Source: a virus. From it: DNA of 64,000 bases. The position numbers were made by a program, and so were the translations under genes. This document shows, in pieces, positions 27,252 through 37,271 of the stretch. Numbering within the stretch: the first letter of the stretch is position 1; every line of letters begins with the position of its first letter. Under the pieces are notes generated by a model. The model was not told the origin of the DNA. It was given only the letters and a program-made list of their open reading frames with translations, and did not search any database. The DNA lies in the IMG/VR virus record IMGVR_UViG_3300042691_051382; one strand, given 5' to 3'.

Positions 27252-29006
27252 TCAGATTTCTTCAACTTGCGCAGTTGTTTCAGACTTCGTATTGCTGTTC
27301 CTTGAGTTGTACCACTCCATCCACTTTGTCCATTCAACAAACTCGTTCACAAGTTGTGTGAATTCTTTGACTCGCTGTTCGGGTGTTGGCGAAGGCGATC
27401 CACTCATCGAGTGAAAGTCTTGCGTCATGAATGGATTGAAAACCAACCATCGGCGAACACCCAACTTGTAGTGCCCCTTGAGCACCGTTAAAATATCGTT
27501 GTAGCTGGCATCGTGAACCGTCACACCTTCGCTGCCACCAACTTTTTCGTGCGGTGGCTCGATCCAAGGTATGCACATGGTTGCGTTGCCTGTGTCGCTT
27601 GTGGCACTCGATGCGGTGCAGTTGCGCACATACTGTATCATGCAGTTGTTGTAAATTTCCTGCGGTGTTTTGCCCAAGCAGTGTGCGTTCCAGTGGTAAA
27701 ACTGACCCACCGATGCTGCATCAATCACGCTAGCCTCTTGGTGTGTGTTGGCGGTGTATTTGTATTGCGACATGTCCACCGAATAGCAAACGGGACACTG
27801 ATAGTCTGCACGCAAGTACTTTTTGACTGGCCAATCGTTCTTGGGTGTTCTCGCCCAGATGTTGCGTACCTCAAAGTGTTGATTCTTGGCTGATTTGCTG
27901 ATGCCATGATACACATTGTAGTTGCCAGTGACAATGTCGGGAAACACTTGCTTCATCGGCTCGTACAGAGCCTTGTTGAGTGCGTGATCGTTGATGCGTT
28001 GATAGTATGGTTCCATCGCTCGATGGAATTCACGATTGATGTCTTGAAACCAATACACTTTCTTGGTGCTGTCGCCAGCGGTGTAACCTTTGTTTTTTCG
28101 GGTGTAACCAGCTTCGGTGAAAGCATCATACAATGTTTTGCCAATCCATTGTTTGCCATCCCAATCCTCGTAAACCACTTCGCTGGTGAAACGAGGATCT
28201 TGCATCACAAGATCAAATGCGTTGTTGATCACAAACGATGGATTGTTGCTGCGCACGCCTTCGGCACCAATCAAAGCACCTTGATTGTTGTTGCTGTCGG
28301 CACTGTAGTAAAGACCCACATGGCCTTCCCAGTCCCACGCAAGCATCTTGGGATAGCACAAGTTGCGAGCATCGCATTCTTTTTTCATGCTATGAGCAGC
28401 CCACAGTATAAAATCGCCAAGTGCGAGCGTAACATCATTTGCGAGTTTTTCGAGTTGCGAAATGTCGCCGATTTTTTCGCAACTGTTTTTGTGCCATCCT
28501 GCGGGAATTCCGATTTGACCGCCTGTTGCAGCGTCTTTGTACCACAACAAATCGTCTTTGTGAGCCATGAGCATCGAATGCACACTCGAATGTCCGATGT
28601 GCGATCCCCAGTTTTGCGCAAAAATACTGCCAGCGTAGCGAGTTCCGTTTTCGCCAAATTGTTTGGTTTTGTCGTTGGGATCGTAATGCAAGCCATTCAA
28701 CTCGAACTGGTCTGCCCAACGCTTGCCCACATCGGTTGCGTACTCTTTGCAGTAGAAATTGTTGGTTGGAATGCTATAACTATTGTAGCCGTTGAAATAG
28801 CACGGACCCGAATTGGCGTTGAGGTTGCCCATCGGAGCGTTGGCAACGGTGGTGACATTCGGATGGTTGGTGAGTTCGGTCAACGAAAGTGGCTTGTTGC
28901 CCCCCTCGAATTTAGGATGACTCCACAAGCAAAATTGAATGTTTGCGTCCAAAGGTTGCGTGCGCTGATTCACTATTTTGGGTAAATTCGAGGGACTTGA
29001 TGCCAT
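27252..29006 (-). CDS. Large late protein, possibly a glycoside-hydrolase-like TIM barrel
   Basis: CATAAATA promoter and AGGAG RBS; aromatic-rich with WDWE motif (function weakly supported). Confidence 0.6.
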   Translation of the reverse strand: MASSPSNLPKIVNQRTQPLDANIQFCLWSHPKFEGGNKPLSLTELTNHPNVTTVANAPMGNLNANSGPCYFNGYNSYSIPTNNFYCKEYATDVGKRWADQFELNGLHYDPNDKTKQFGENGTRYAGSIFAQNWGSHIGHSSVHSMLMAHKDDLLWYKDAATGGQIGIPAGWHKNSCEKIGDISQLEKLANDVTLALGDFILWAAHSMKKECDARNLCYPKMLAWDWEGHVGLYYSADSNNNQGALIGAEGVRSNNPSFVINNAFDLVMQDPRFTSEVVYEDWDGKQWIGKTLYDAFTEAGYTRKNKGYTAGDSTKKVYWFQDINREFHRAMEPYYQRINDHALNKALYEPMKQVFPDIVTGNYNVYHGISKSAKNQHFEVRNIWARTPKNDWPVKKYLRADYQCPVCYSVDMSQYKYTANTHQEASVIDAASVGQFYHWNAHCLGKTPQEIYNNCMIQYVRNCTASSATSDTGNATMCIPWIEPPHEKVGGSEGVTVHDASYNDILTVLKGHYKLGVRRWLVFNPFMTQDFHSMSGSPSPTPEQRVKEFTQLVNEFVEWTKWMEWYNSRNSNTKSETTAQVEEI

Positions 29007-29093
29007 ATAGCTCCTTGTTTTGAGATCACCTGTATTTATGAGTTTTTCAATAGAAAACATTGAGTTTCATAAATACAATACAGGAGAACACTT

Positions 29094-29729
29094 ATGAAAC
29101 AAAACCGAAGAAAATCTCTTTTCAGACGATCTAGCACCACCAAAACAGTCAACAAAACAGTTGCTGCGATCGACTGTTGCAATCCACTCAAGATTTGCGA
29201 TCTCAACAAGATTCTTGGTGTGTTTTGTTTTTGGACCATGTTTGTTTTTGTTTTCATTGTGTTGTCGCTGATCGCAGGATTTCTTGTTTATCGTTTGGGT
29301 GGTAGCGTGCCATCCGCACCGCAACAAACAGAAACAACACCTTCTGCGATTCAACACAACAAACTTCCAGTGGACGCACCCACAATCACCACCGTGCCAT
29401 CGGTGCAAGGCAACAATTTTTTTGACTTTGGTGGAGTTGTAGTTGTTGAACAATCACCCACCACACCAACACATTTTTTCAATTCAAATTACAACATTCA
29501 AAACAATTTTGTGAATCATTTTGATATTCCTTGTTGCGAACCAACATTGCAAATCAACAGTTGGATGCAATGGAACATCATATCCGAACAACCACCTGTG
29601 ATTGATCGTTTTGTTCCAAACAATCAATACCCAATCGAAAACCAATATCGAATCAACTGCGTTCCGGATCCATCGTCTGCTTCGCTAGCTGCGTTTGGTG
29701 CAATTTCAATGTTTCGCAGGAGACGCTGA
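29094..29729 (+). CDS. Membrane protein with PEP-CTERM-like C-terminal sorting signal
   Basis: N-terminal TM segment; ends VPDPSSASLAAFGAISMFRRRR. Confidence 0.7.
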   Translation: MKQNRRKSLFRRSSTTKTVNKTVAAIDCCNPLKICDLNKILGVFCFWTMFVFVFIVLSLIAGFLVYRLGGSVPSAPQQTETTPSAIQHNKLPVDAPTITTVPSVQGNNFFDFGGVVVVEQSPTTPTHFFNSNYNIQNNFVNHFDIPCCEPTLQINSWMQWNIISEQPPVIDRFVPNNQYPIENQYRINCVPDPSSASLAAFGAISMFRRRR

Positions 29730-29905
29730 TGCGTTGCGTGTGCTACGATCGCACCATTGCGGATATTGTGCAACAAGCCGTGCAAAACGGTTGGGATGTC
29801 GAGCAAATAAAAGATCAAACAAAATGTGGAACCAAGTGTGGTCTCTGCGTACCATACATACAGAGTGAGTTGCAAAAAGGTGCAACCCACAGCACAGTCC
29901 CTTAG
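29729..29905 (+). CDS. BFD-like [2Fe-2S] ferredoxin (58 aa, not in the ORF track)
   Basis: MRCVC...TKCGTKCGLCVPYI; TGATG coupling. Confidence 0.75.
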   Translation: MRCVCYDRTIADIVQQAVQNGWDVEQIKDQTKCGTKCGLCVPYIQSELQKGATHSTVP

Positions 29906-29969
29906 TTCAGTTGGTAGAACCGTACTTTTACATGGTATGTGAGCGCGTGTTCGAGTCACGCAGGGACTA
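29896..29969 (+). tRNA. tRNA-Val(UAC)
   Basis: AGTCCCT/AGGGACT acceptor, loop TTTACAT, GCGTG-TTCGAGT-CACGC. Confidence 0.8.
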
Positions 29970-29975
29970 TTCATC

Positions 29976-30503
29976 ATGATCAGCATCTTTCGACGAATGT
30001 TTGGTTGCGAACACACCAAAGTGTACCGCAATCGTTCGCTAGAAAACTACTGCGGTGTTGCGGTGGAAGCACCCAAACTGCACGGCAACATCGGTGTGCT
30101 GTTTCGCACCGCAGCCACGCTCGGCAACGCAGACTTTCTGGCGACCGTTGGTGCTAGATACGACAAAAACAACCACTGGGATCCATGCGACAGCCATCGC
30201 ATTCTTCCCACATGGCATTTTGAAGATTTCATGAGTTTGCGCAAAAATCTTCCGCTTTGCAGCGTGTTGGTGGGCGTGGAACTCGACAGCAAATCGGAAA
30301 ATCTCGAAACATTCGAGCATCCGGATCGTGCTGTGTATCTGTTTGGCAGCGAGGATGTGGGATTGAGCCATCAAGCACGTCGCAGCTGCCGACATCTCAT
30401 AAAGCTTCCTAGCGCAACTGGAACCAGCATGAACCTTAGCAGCGCAGGCAGCATCGTTTTGTGGGACCGTTACGTTAAATTGCGGAGCAAGCATGGGCAG
30501 TAA
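29976..30503 (+). CDS. SpoU/TrmH-family RNA 2'-O-methyltransferase
   Basis: GNIGVLFRTA, LFGSEDVGL, SMNLSSAGSIVLWDR. Confidence 0.88.
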   Translation: MISIFRRMFGCEHTKVYRNRSLENYCGVAVEAPKLHGNIGVLFRTAATLGNADFLATVGARYDKNNHWDPCDSHRILPTWHFEDFMSLRKNLPLCSVLVGVELDSKSENLETFEHPDRAVYLFGSEDVGLSHQARRSCRHLIKLPSATGTSMNLSSAGSIVLWDRYVKLRSKHGQ

Positions 30504-30693
30504 AAAACAAACTTGGAAATTTACGGATCAAGAGATTCGCTTGATCTACGTGGCATTGGTCACAGCCGACCCAGAATCGTACAAGCACTGGGAACACATT
30601 GGCGTGGAAAAAGAACGCGTGGAAGAAATCTTAAAAGACCTCAAGAAACGTCTTGGGTTTGCGTCCAACCAAATCTGAAACATAAATAATGGT

Positions 30694-31077
30694 ATGGCAA
30701 AACCATTCAAATCGTTTCGTGAATACGTAGCCGAACAACACGGCAACGAGCAACAACGTTTCATGGAAAAAATAAAACCAACCAAAGATGGTTGTTGGGA
30801 ATACACCGCACACACAGGAACCGATCATTACGGTCAGTTTTGGCAAGACGGGGTGGCTCGTCCAGCACACATCGTGGCATACGAACTGTTCTTGGGTCCA
30901 GTAGCCAAAGGTCAAGTGTTGATGCACACTTGCGACAACCGCAAGTGCGTGAATCCCCAACACATGATGCCCGGAAGCAAACAAGAAAACAACGACGATA
31001 CAGCCGCAAAAGGCAGAAACCGTAATCAACACACGGGAACCCTCAACGGCAGTCCAAAGGATGTTGGCGATAGATAA
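30694..31077 (+). CDS. HNH endonuclease with internal-protein-like N-terminus
   Basis: GCWE..YG.F..AH..AYELF.G...MHTCDNRKCVNPQH..GSKQEN; starts PFKSFREYVAE. Confidence 0.85.
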   Translation: MAKPFKSFREYVAEQHGNEQQRFMEKIKPTKDGCWEYTAHTGTDHYGQFWQDGVARPAHIVAYELFLGPVAKGQVLMHTCDNRKCVNPQHMMPGSKQENNDDTAAKGRNRNQHTGTLNGSPKDVGDR

Positions 31078-31082
31078 TTCAC

Positions 31083-31141
31083 TATGATTGTGCGATTTGT
31101 GCGTTTCAACAATATGATTGTGCGATTTGTGCGTTTCAACA
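31083..31141 (+). repeat. 30-bp tandem duplication
   Basis: TATGATTGTGCGATTTGTGCGTTTCAACA twice. Confidence 0.9.
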
Positions 31142-31153
31142 CAAGGGATTCTT

Positions 31154-31759
31154 ATGTTTTGCACACGCAATCCGCATGTCAAAAAATTCCTTGCAATTGC
31201 TATCGAAGATTTGAAACATCATCACATAAAAATAAAACTATATCGCCGAACCATAGATCCTAAATTTGAGATCGACGGATACTTTGACGACTGCTCGATG
31301 GAACTTGGAATATACAAAAATTATCGCTGGCTCGAAACATTTGTGCATGAATATGCACATTTTTTGCAATGGAAACAAGACGAAAGCACGTTTGCTGCAT
31401 ACTATAAGTACGACTATGATCCTGTAAAGTTGGTTGAAAACTACGTTCAAAGAAAAGTAGCATACTGCAAAAAAGTTAAAAATGCATTCAATGTGATACG
31501 CAGAAACGAAGCATGTTGCGACAAGTTGGCTGCAAATTTAATAAAAAAATATGATCTGCCAATAAATTTGGAAAAGTATCGTCGAGAAGCGAATCGTCAA
31601 ATAGTTTTTTATCATTGTGTCGAGTTGAAAAGATCCTGGGAACCGTCCAATAAATTTTATGGAGATTTGCTGGGTCAGATGATGCCGTCAAAGATAAAAA
31701 AGTCTTATGCCGAAAAGCTTCCAAAACAAATTTTGAAAACAGCATTGAAATTGTTTTAA
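31154..31759 (+). CDS. HExxH zincin-like protein
   Basis: FVHEYAHFLQW...NE. Confidence 0.65.
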   Translation: MFCTRNPHVKKFLAIAIEDLKHHHIKIKLYRRTIDPKFEIDGYFDDCSMELGIYKNYRWLETFVHEYAHFLQWKQDESTFAAYYKYDYDPVKLVENYVQRKVAYCKKVKNAFNVIRRNEACCDKLAANLIKKYDLPINLEKYRREANRQIVFYHCVELKRSWEPSNKFYGDLLGQMMPSKIKKSYAEKLPKQILKTALKLF

Positions 31760-32056
31760 AGGATAAAAAATGGATTGTGACGACTCAGACTCGATGAAAC
31801 CCAGCGATCGTGTTGGAAGATTTCAAAAAGATTTTATTGGTGGATGTCTGTCGTTTATCGCAATTGCTGCGATTGTACGAGGCGACATGCGCGACAGCGA
31901 AGAAATCTTTAATGAAATGATGAACCCCGTTATTGGCAATCGCAATCGAAACACCACCGGATTCGATCAAATTATGCCAGAAATGTACAAAAAAGTTATT
32001 GAATATTGCAGCGAAGCAATAGATACAAGCGACGATATTGAAAATAAGGAGACTAT

Positions 32057-32350
32057 TTGATGAGTATCAAGATTGTAAAGATGATCAACGGTGAAGAGCT
32101 TATTGGTGACGTTGTAGATACGCTCGATGGAAAGATTGTGATCAAAGACCCAGTGACACTCGGAATGGTTGAACGCAATCAACTTGGGTTTATTGGTTAC
32201 ATGCCGCATGCAAATCTCTCGGAAGGCATCACACTCGAACCCAGCAAAGTTATGTTTGTGGTTCCGGTGGATCCCAAGCTCGAAAACGAATACCAAGCAG
32301 CTTTTGGAAAGGTTATTATTCCCAAGAAGGGCTTGACGCTAACCACGTAA
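32057..32350 (+). CDS. Sm-like T4-family small protein
   Basis: IKIVKMINGEELIG..I.IKDP. Confidence 0.65.
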   Translation: MMSIKIVKMINGEELIGDVVDTLDGKIVIKDPVTLGMVERNQLGFIGYMPHANLSEGITLEPSKVMFVVPVDPKLENEYQAAFGKVIIPKKGLTLTT

Positions 32351-32385
32351 TTCACAACTTTCACAACTTTCACATGAAAACAACA

Positions 32386-32411
32386 AAAAACTCGCCGTTT
32401 GGCGAGTTTTT
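32386..32411. terminator. Bidirectional terminator
   Basis: AAAAACTCGCC-GTTT-GGCGAGTTTTT at the convergent junction. Confidence 0.85.
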
Positions 32412-32477
32412 GCTTTAAAATAATTTTTTATTTTTTATTGAAACTTAGACAAATTTTTATATATAATCAATCTTGTT

Positions 32478-32765
32478 TCAATCCGTTGTTTCGGGAGAAT
32501 CGGTGGGTCTGCGTCTGCGACCGAAAGTTCTGCGTCTTTGACCAACTTTAAAAGATTGAACTATTCTTTGAATTGTTGGAACGCGATCGGGATTGAAAGT
32601 TGGACTCAATCCTGCTCGACGACCACTGGCAAACGCACTAAAGATTCCATCGTGTTCGATATTGACTGGACCTTTAGTGAAATCTCTTACGATCGGAGTG
32701 TTGTATCTTGGAGTGGGAGCAACGGGTTTTTGTTGTTCGGTTATGAATTGCTTGAAGCTTTTCAT
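32478..32765 (-). CDS. Putative internal head protein (MKSFKQFITE)
   Basis: Resembles the T4 capsid-targeting sequence. Confidence 0.7.
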   Translation of the reverse strand: MKSFKQFITEQQKPVAPTPRYNTPIVRDFTKGPVNIEHDGIFSAFASGRRAGLSPTFNPDRVPTIQRIVQSFKVGQRRRTFGRRRRPTDSPETTD

Positions 32766-33331
32766 TTGCGACCTTTTCGTTTGGCCATAGCCTTGGCAAT
32801 AGCACGACGACGTTTTGCAAGATACTTGTCGGTCTCGTCAACCTTGCCATCGTTGTTGATGTCGGCATTTTCTTTGCCAACCGGATCGAGTGCTTCTTCA
32901 ACCGCACCCGGAGTGTTCTTGAGATAGTCGCGCACCGAGTTTATGTAGTCGTTGGCTTTGGTGATTTTGCTTTGAACCCAAGCTTCGAGTTTGGTGGTTG
33001 GCTTGAGCATCGATTCAACATCTTGAGCGTTGCTGATGATGTTGCGCAATTCGCTGCTAGCCATTTCGCCTTCGTAATCGTTTTCGGCACTGTACGATTC
33101 CTTTTTCAACAAACTCGCAAACACGTCAAAAGGAATTCCTGTATCCTTTTCAAAAGCAGTTCTTCTTTGACCAGTCAAATTCTTGCGTAATTCCCTACGT
33201 CGTTCGGGTGTTTGACCACCAGCGTTAATCTCCGCTTCAATTTTGCTTGCTTTTTTCTTGGATCTTGCGGCAATCGCACGATCACGTTCGGCTTGTGTGC
33301 TTTCGTTCAAGAAATCTTTGAAGTTTTTCAT
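32762..33331 (-). CDS. Putative internal head protein (MKNFKDFLNE) with EF-hand-like loop
   Basis: DYEGEMA..L.....LEAWVQSKITKA; LDPVGKENADINNDGKVD.TD.YL..RR.AI. Confidence 0.75.
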   Translation of the reverse strand: MKNFKDFLNESTQAERDRAIAARSKKKASKIEAEINAGGQTPERRRELRKNLTGQRRTAFEKDTGIPFDVFASLLKKESYSAENDYEGEMASSELRNIISNAQDVESMLKPTTKLEAWVQSKITKANDYINSVRDYLKNTPGAVEEALDPVGKENADINNDGKVDETDKYLAKRRRAIAKAMAKRKGRK

Positions 33332-34275
33332 ACAGTTTCTCCGTTGTTGTCGATTTTCTGGCGAACTTTCTTTACAATATCACGAGTGTTGTCGCTTTGT
33401 ATTGTGCTGGCAAGACCCGGCTTGTATTCGCCAAAGATTTCAACTTTGGCGTTGGGATCCAAACGCTCTTTGATCTTCTGAACAAGCGTGACATTTTCGA
33501 TGTTGGCTTGTTCGAGTGTTCGCTTCTCACGATTTTCACGCACCACATGCCAAACGCCGATCGCCAAACACACCACAATGCTTGCGATGATAATAACAAT
33601 CGCAACAACCGCAATAGCCTTGAGATAATAAATCGCACCGGCAGCAAGAGCCAACGCAAGCACACCAAGACCCGCAATGCTCATACCCAGCTTTTTGTTC
33701 ACCAAGAAAGCCAACACCAGTCCCGAAATGATCGTGAGAAATCCCAAACCAAAGAAAAAGCTCAGTGTGGTGTACAGATTTTTAATTGCATCGTTTTGCA
33801 ATTTTTGTTTTTCGTTTTCAAGATTTGCTATAGTTTGTTGTAAATTTTGAACAGCTTGAGCGTCTTTTTGTATTTGAACGTTTTGTTTTTGAGCCAATTC
33901 AAGATTCGATTGTATCTTTTCGCTGTTGGCTTCGATTGCATTTGCATCTTCACGAATCTTTTGATTGTGATTGATGATTGCATCTACGCTGGTGATGATC
34001 GTAGCATCTTCGGTTTTTTCCACGATGCTCGCAGCGGTTTTGTTGGATTCGTCGGTGGTTGCGCGAATCGAATCGACCGATTGTTTGCTGGAAGCGTTGG
34101 CTTCACCGATTTTTGCGATCGAGTCGGACTGAATAATTGCCGACGAGCTGATGCTCTGAGCAGTGTTGTCGTTTATTGGTTTTATCGTTGGAGTTTCAAC
34201 TTCTCCGCGCCAAGAACATCCTACATTCAAGCAAAGTGCCGAAAGCACAAACAAAGCCATAAAAAAGGTTTTCAT
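33328..34275 (-). CDS. Lipoprotein with coiled coil and C-terminal TM helices
   Basis: Signal peptide with LNVGC lipobox-like motif; heptad region; 3 hydrophobic helices. Confidence 0.7.
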   Translation of the reverse strand: MKTFFMALFVLSALCLNVGCSWRGEVETPTIKPINDNTAQSISSSAIIQSDSIAKIGEANASSKQSVDSIRATTDESNKTAASIVEKTEDATIITSVDAIINHNQKIREDANAIEANSEKIQSNLELAQKQNVQIQKDAQAVQNLQQTIANLENEKQKLQNDAIKNLYTTLSFFFGLGFLTIISGLVLAFLVNKKLGMSIAGLGVLALALAAGAIYYLKAIAVVAIVIIIASIVVCLAIGVWHVVRENREKRTLEQANIENVTLVQKIKERLDPNAKVEIFGEYKPGLASTIQSDNTRDIVKKVRQKIDNNGETV

Positions 34276-34961
34276 ATTGTTTGATCTCCTGGTTTGTTGG
34301 TGGTATTGCGTCGTGTTTGAAACGTGGTGACGCGATATTGCGCAAGAGGATCTTTGGTTCCAATAAACTTTGTGTCGTTTCCGATGTCTTTAGGCTTGCC
34401 TTCCATTTTTGCAAGTTTGCTGTAGTACTTTGGATCTTCGTACACATGATCCATCGCAATCTTCATGGCTGTTTTCTTGTTGTCGGTGTGCTCTTTTTCG
34501 ACCTTGATTCCCATTTGAATTTGCTTGGTGATCTTTTCGAGACTCACACCATGACGATCGGCTATGTCTTGCGGAGTCATTCCGGCAGCAACACCCTTCA
34601 AGGTTGCGCTGGTGAGCGGAGCTGGTCCGGCTGGAGGATTGATGCCTGCAATGTTTTCGCCACTACCAACAGCATTTGTTGGTGCTTCTTCTTCGATATC
34701 GTCGTGATAACCTTCTTTTTCGTCTTTTACGTTCAATGCTTTTTGAGCCGCAAGTTCGGCTTGTTGCTGCGTATCGAATTGTTTTTCGCCGATCTTTTTG
34801 TTCATGTGCATTGCAGCATGAGCAGCAGCATGCTTGCGTATTTCTTGATCGTCGCCATCCGAGGTGGTAAAGTGAACCGAATAAGTACCGTTTTTGTTTT
34901 GAACAATATGATAATTGGTCATATCAAGGTGCGATTCGATCAAATACTTTTTAAAGCTCAT
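34272..34961 (-). CDS. DUF5661-like virion protein (MSFKKYLIE)
   Basis: GIKVEKEHT....A.KIAMDH..EDPKYYSKL. Confidence 0.75.
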   Translation of the reverse strand: MSFKKYLIESHLDMTNYHIVQNKNGTYSVHFTTSDGDDQEIRKHAAAHAAMHMNKKIGEKQFDTQQQAELAAQKALNVKDEKEGYHDDIEEEAPTNAVGSGENIAGINPPAGPAPLTSATLKGVAAGMTPQDIADRHGVSLEKITKQIQMGIKVEKEHTDNKKTAMKIAMDHVYEDPKYYSKLAKMEGKPKDIGNDTKFIGTKDPLAQYRVTTFQTRRNTTNKPGDQTI

Positions 34962-34980
34962 ATGTTCTCCAATATTAAGA

Positions 34981-35763
34981 TTATTCACCATATTTTTCAT
35001 TCAAACGCATTCTAAGGTTGGTGTATCCGTTTGTTGGTTGTATCGATTCGATTGCTTGTTCAACCAATTCAAATTCTTGGTCGTTCAATTGCGAAACAAA
35101 AGCGTTGAATTCTTGTTCGTTGAGTTGCGACATCGTAGAAATCAACTCCGAGTATTCGTAACTCGAAGTCAAACCACTTCGTCTTCCAGATTTAAAGCGA
35201 TCCGCCAACTTGGAAGTTCCGGAACGAAACTTTTGGTACAACGAAGACACTGCCGATGGAACTGCCGATGGAGTTGCTTTGATTGCTCGACCCGCTGCTT
35301 TTGCGGTTGCAATACCGGCACCCGCTACGTTTGCTGCTGCTGTTGGCACTTGTTTGGCGGTTGCAATACCGGCACCAACAGCCATAGATCCTACTTTTCT
35401 TGCCACACCATACGCACCACCCAACGCTCTTCCCACAAGAACATTTCCGATGCTTCGGGTGTGTCCGGTGAATGCTCGTTCGCCCGCACGAGCAGCACTC
35501 GCTACAGTGGCAGGAGCAATGCCCATTTCTTCGGCACTTTTTTGCAGTTGTTTCGCTCGTATCTTGTCTTTTAATGCTTGTTCTTCGGCTGCTTTTGCGG
35601 CAAGAGCTTCGGCTTTGGCTGCTTCGGCTTCAGCCTTGGCTGCATCTTCGGCTTCTTTTGCTGCTTTCTTTTTTTCTTCTTCGGCTTTTTTAGCCGCAGC
35701 CTCGGCAGCAGCTTCGGCTGCGGCGGTGCTAGCATCTTCGTAGAATCGATGAAACTTCTTCAT
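34981..35763 (-). CDS. Ala/Lys-rich putative internal virion protein
   Basis: MKKFHRFYE start; low complexity. Confidence 0.7.
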   Translation of the reverse strand: MKKFHRFYEDASTAAAEAAAEAAAKKAEEEKKKAAKEAEDAAKAEAEAAKAEALAAKAAEEQALKDKIRAKQLQKSAEEMGIAPATVASAARAGERAFTGHTRSIGNVLVGRALGGAYGVARKVGSMAVGAGIATAKQVPTAAANVAGAGIATAKAAGRAIKATPSAVPSAVSSLYQKFRSGTSKLADRFKSGRRSGLTSSYEYSELISTMSQLNEQEFNAFVSQLNDQEFELVEQAIESIQPTNGYTNLRMRLNEKYGE

Positions 35764-35774
35764 CAAAATTCCTT

Positions 35775-36863
35775 TCAAGCGGTCGTGGGGCGCATGCGAT
35801 TGTATACTGGTCTGGCGATTGCCTTGCCGGTCGCAACACCCGCACCGTAAAGGTTTGCACCACCACGCAAAGTGGCTCCGTAGCCTCTGCCAGCAAGTTC
35901 AGCGGTACCCTTGGCGATATCGCCACCAATTTGACGTGCTCGCTTGGCGTAGTAAGCCGCACCTTCGCCTGCATCGCTAAGCATGATGTTGGTGTGCTTG
36001 CGTTGATCTTCTTTCCATTTTTGCCACCAGCTCTTTGGTTTTTCGGCTGGAGCTTCCACTGGTTTTTCCGCAGGCTTTTCTGCGGTTTTTTCCGCAGGCT
36101 TTTCTTCGGGTTTTTCGGCTGGCTTTTCAATCGGTTTGAGATTGTACTTGGACACAAGCGGAGAAGTTTTGTCTTTCGAGAACAGATTGGCTTTTTGTGC
36201 TTCGCCGCTTTCTCCCTTGAGTTTGGCTTCGGTTTCTGCCTTCTTTTTGCCGAGTTCTTGATATTTCTTAAACTGATCCAATGTCAATGTTGGTTTTTTA
36301 CCCGGAGAAGTTTTGGATTTGACATCTTTTTCAAAAGCAGAAATTTCTTTCTTGGTGCCAGCCAATTCTCCTCCGGTTTTTCCGGCTTTTTCAAGTGCAG
36401 CGATTCGTGATTTGGTTTTTTCGATGCTGCTTTTGAGAGCAGTGATCTGAGAAAGATCGTCCGGCTTGGCTGCAGCCAAACGACGTTGAAGTTCGCCCAG
36501 CAACTTCTTGGAAACGTCGATCTGAGCTTCAATCAAAAACATTTCGCTCAAGCTGTCGAATTGTTCAAACAAACATTTGGATTGCGAACGATATTCAAGC
36601 ATCGAATCCATTGCATCCGATACGCTTTCAAAAATATCATCAACGCGCTGACGATCGTATACGTTCAAAGAATTCATGAAGAACGAAAATTGCTGTTCGT
36701 TCATTTGATACACATCGTCCATCAAATCAACCACAAGATACGATGGCTCGGTTCCAAACAAACGCTGATTGCGAACTTCCTGAATTCTCTTGTTGGAACG
36801 GTTGTTCTTTTCGGCGATGTTGAAAATATGATTGCGCATCATCGACATGTGGTTGCTTTTCAT
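35775..36863 (-). CDS. Lys-rich putative internal virion protein with EKPA repeats
   Basis: ORF 362 aa. Confidence 0.7.
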   Translation of the reverse strand: MKSNHMSMMRNHIFNIAEKNNRSNKRIQEVRNQRLFGTEPSYLVVDLMDDVYQMNEQQFSFFMNSLNVYDRQRVDDIFESVSDAMDSMLEYRSQSKCLFEQFDSLSEMFLIEAQIDVSKKLLGELQRRLAAAKPDDLSQITALKSSIEKTKSRIAALEKAGKTGGELAGTKKEISAFEKDVKSKTSPGKKPTLTLDQFKKYQELGKKKAETEAKLKGESGEAQKANLFSKDKTSPLVSKYNLKPIEKPAEKPEEKPAEKTAEKPAEKPVEAPAEKPKSWWQKWKEDQRKHTNIMLSDAGEGAAYYAKRARQIGGDIAKGTAELAGRGYGATLRGGANLYGAGVATGKAIARPVYNRMRPTTA

Positions 36864-36867
36864 TGGG

Positions 36868-37257
36868 TTAAATCCTTCTTAAACGTTCCACCAGGGTTTC
36901 GTCTAATGGAATGAGATTCATTTCTAAATCCCATTCACCGTAGTTATGATTCTCTTTTATATAATTCAAAAATATTAAAATAGTTTTTAACTGCGAATGA
37001 TATTCTTTATCTATTTTCCAAAAAAGTATTCGTGTGGCTGGTTCGATACCAAATACGTTGTACAACAATATTGTGTGATTCAAAACCAACTGTTCGCGAA
37101 TTTCTCCTGATTTCTTGTATTTCTTAAAAAGTCTTTTGAGATATATTATTGCGGACAAATCCTGATAAAACTCTTCCATGCTCACACATTGAGGATTATC
37201 ATAGTGCTTGATTGCGTACAACAAAAAATTATCATCATCAAGTTTTTTGAATTTCAT
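36868..37257 (-). CDS. Conserved T4-like hypothetical protein (NFLLYAIKHYDNPQC..EEF..DL)
   Basis: Motif recognition. Confidence 0.75.
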   Translation of the reverse strand: MKFKKLDDDNFLLYAIKHYDNPQCVSMEEFYQDLSAIIYLKRLFKKYKKSGEIREQLVLNHTILLYNVFGIEPATRILFWKIDKEYHSQLKTILIFLNYIKENHNYGEWDLEMNLIPLDETLVERLRRI

Positions 37258-37271
37258 AAATCATAATATAT

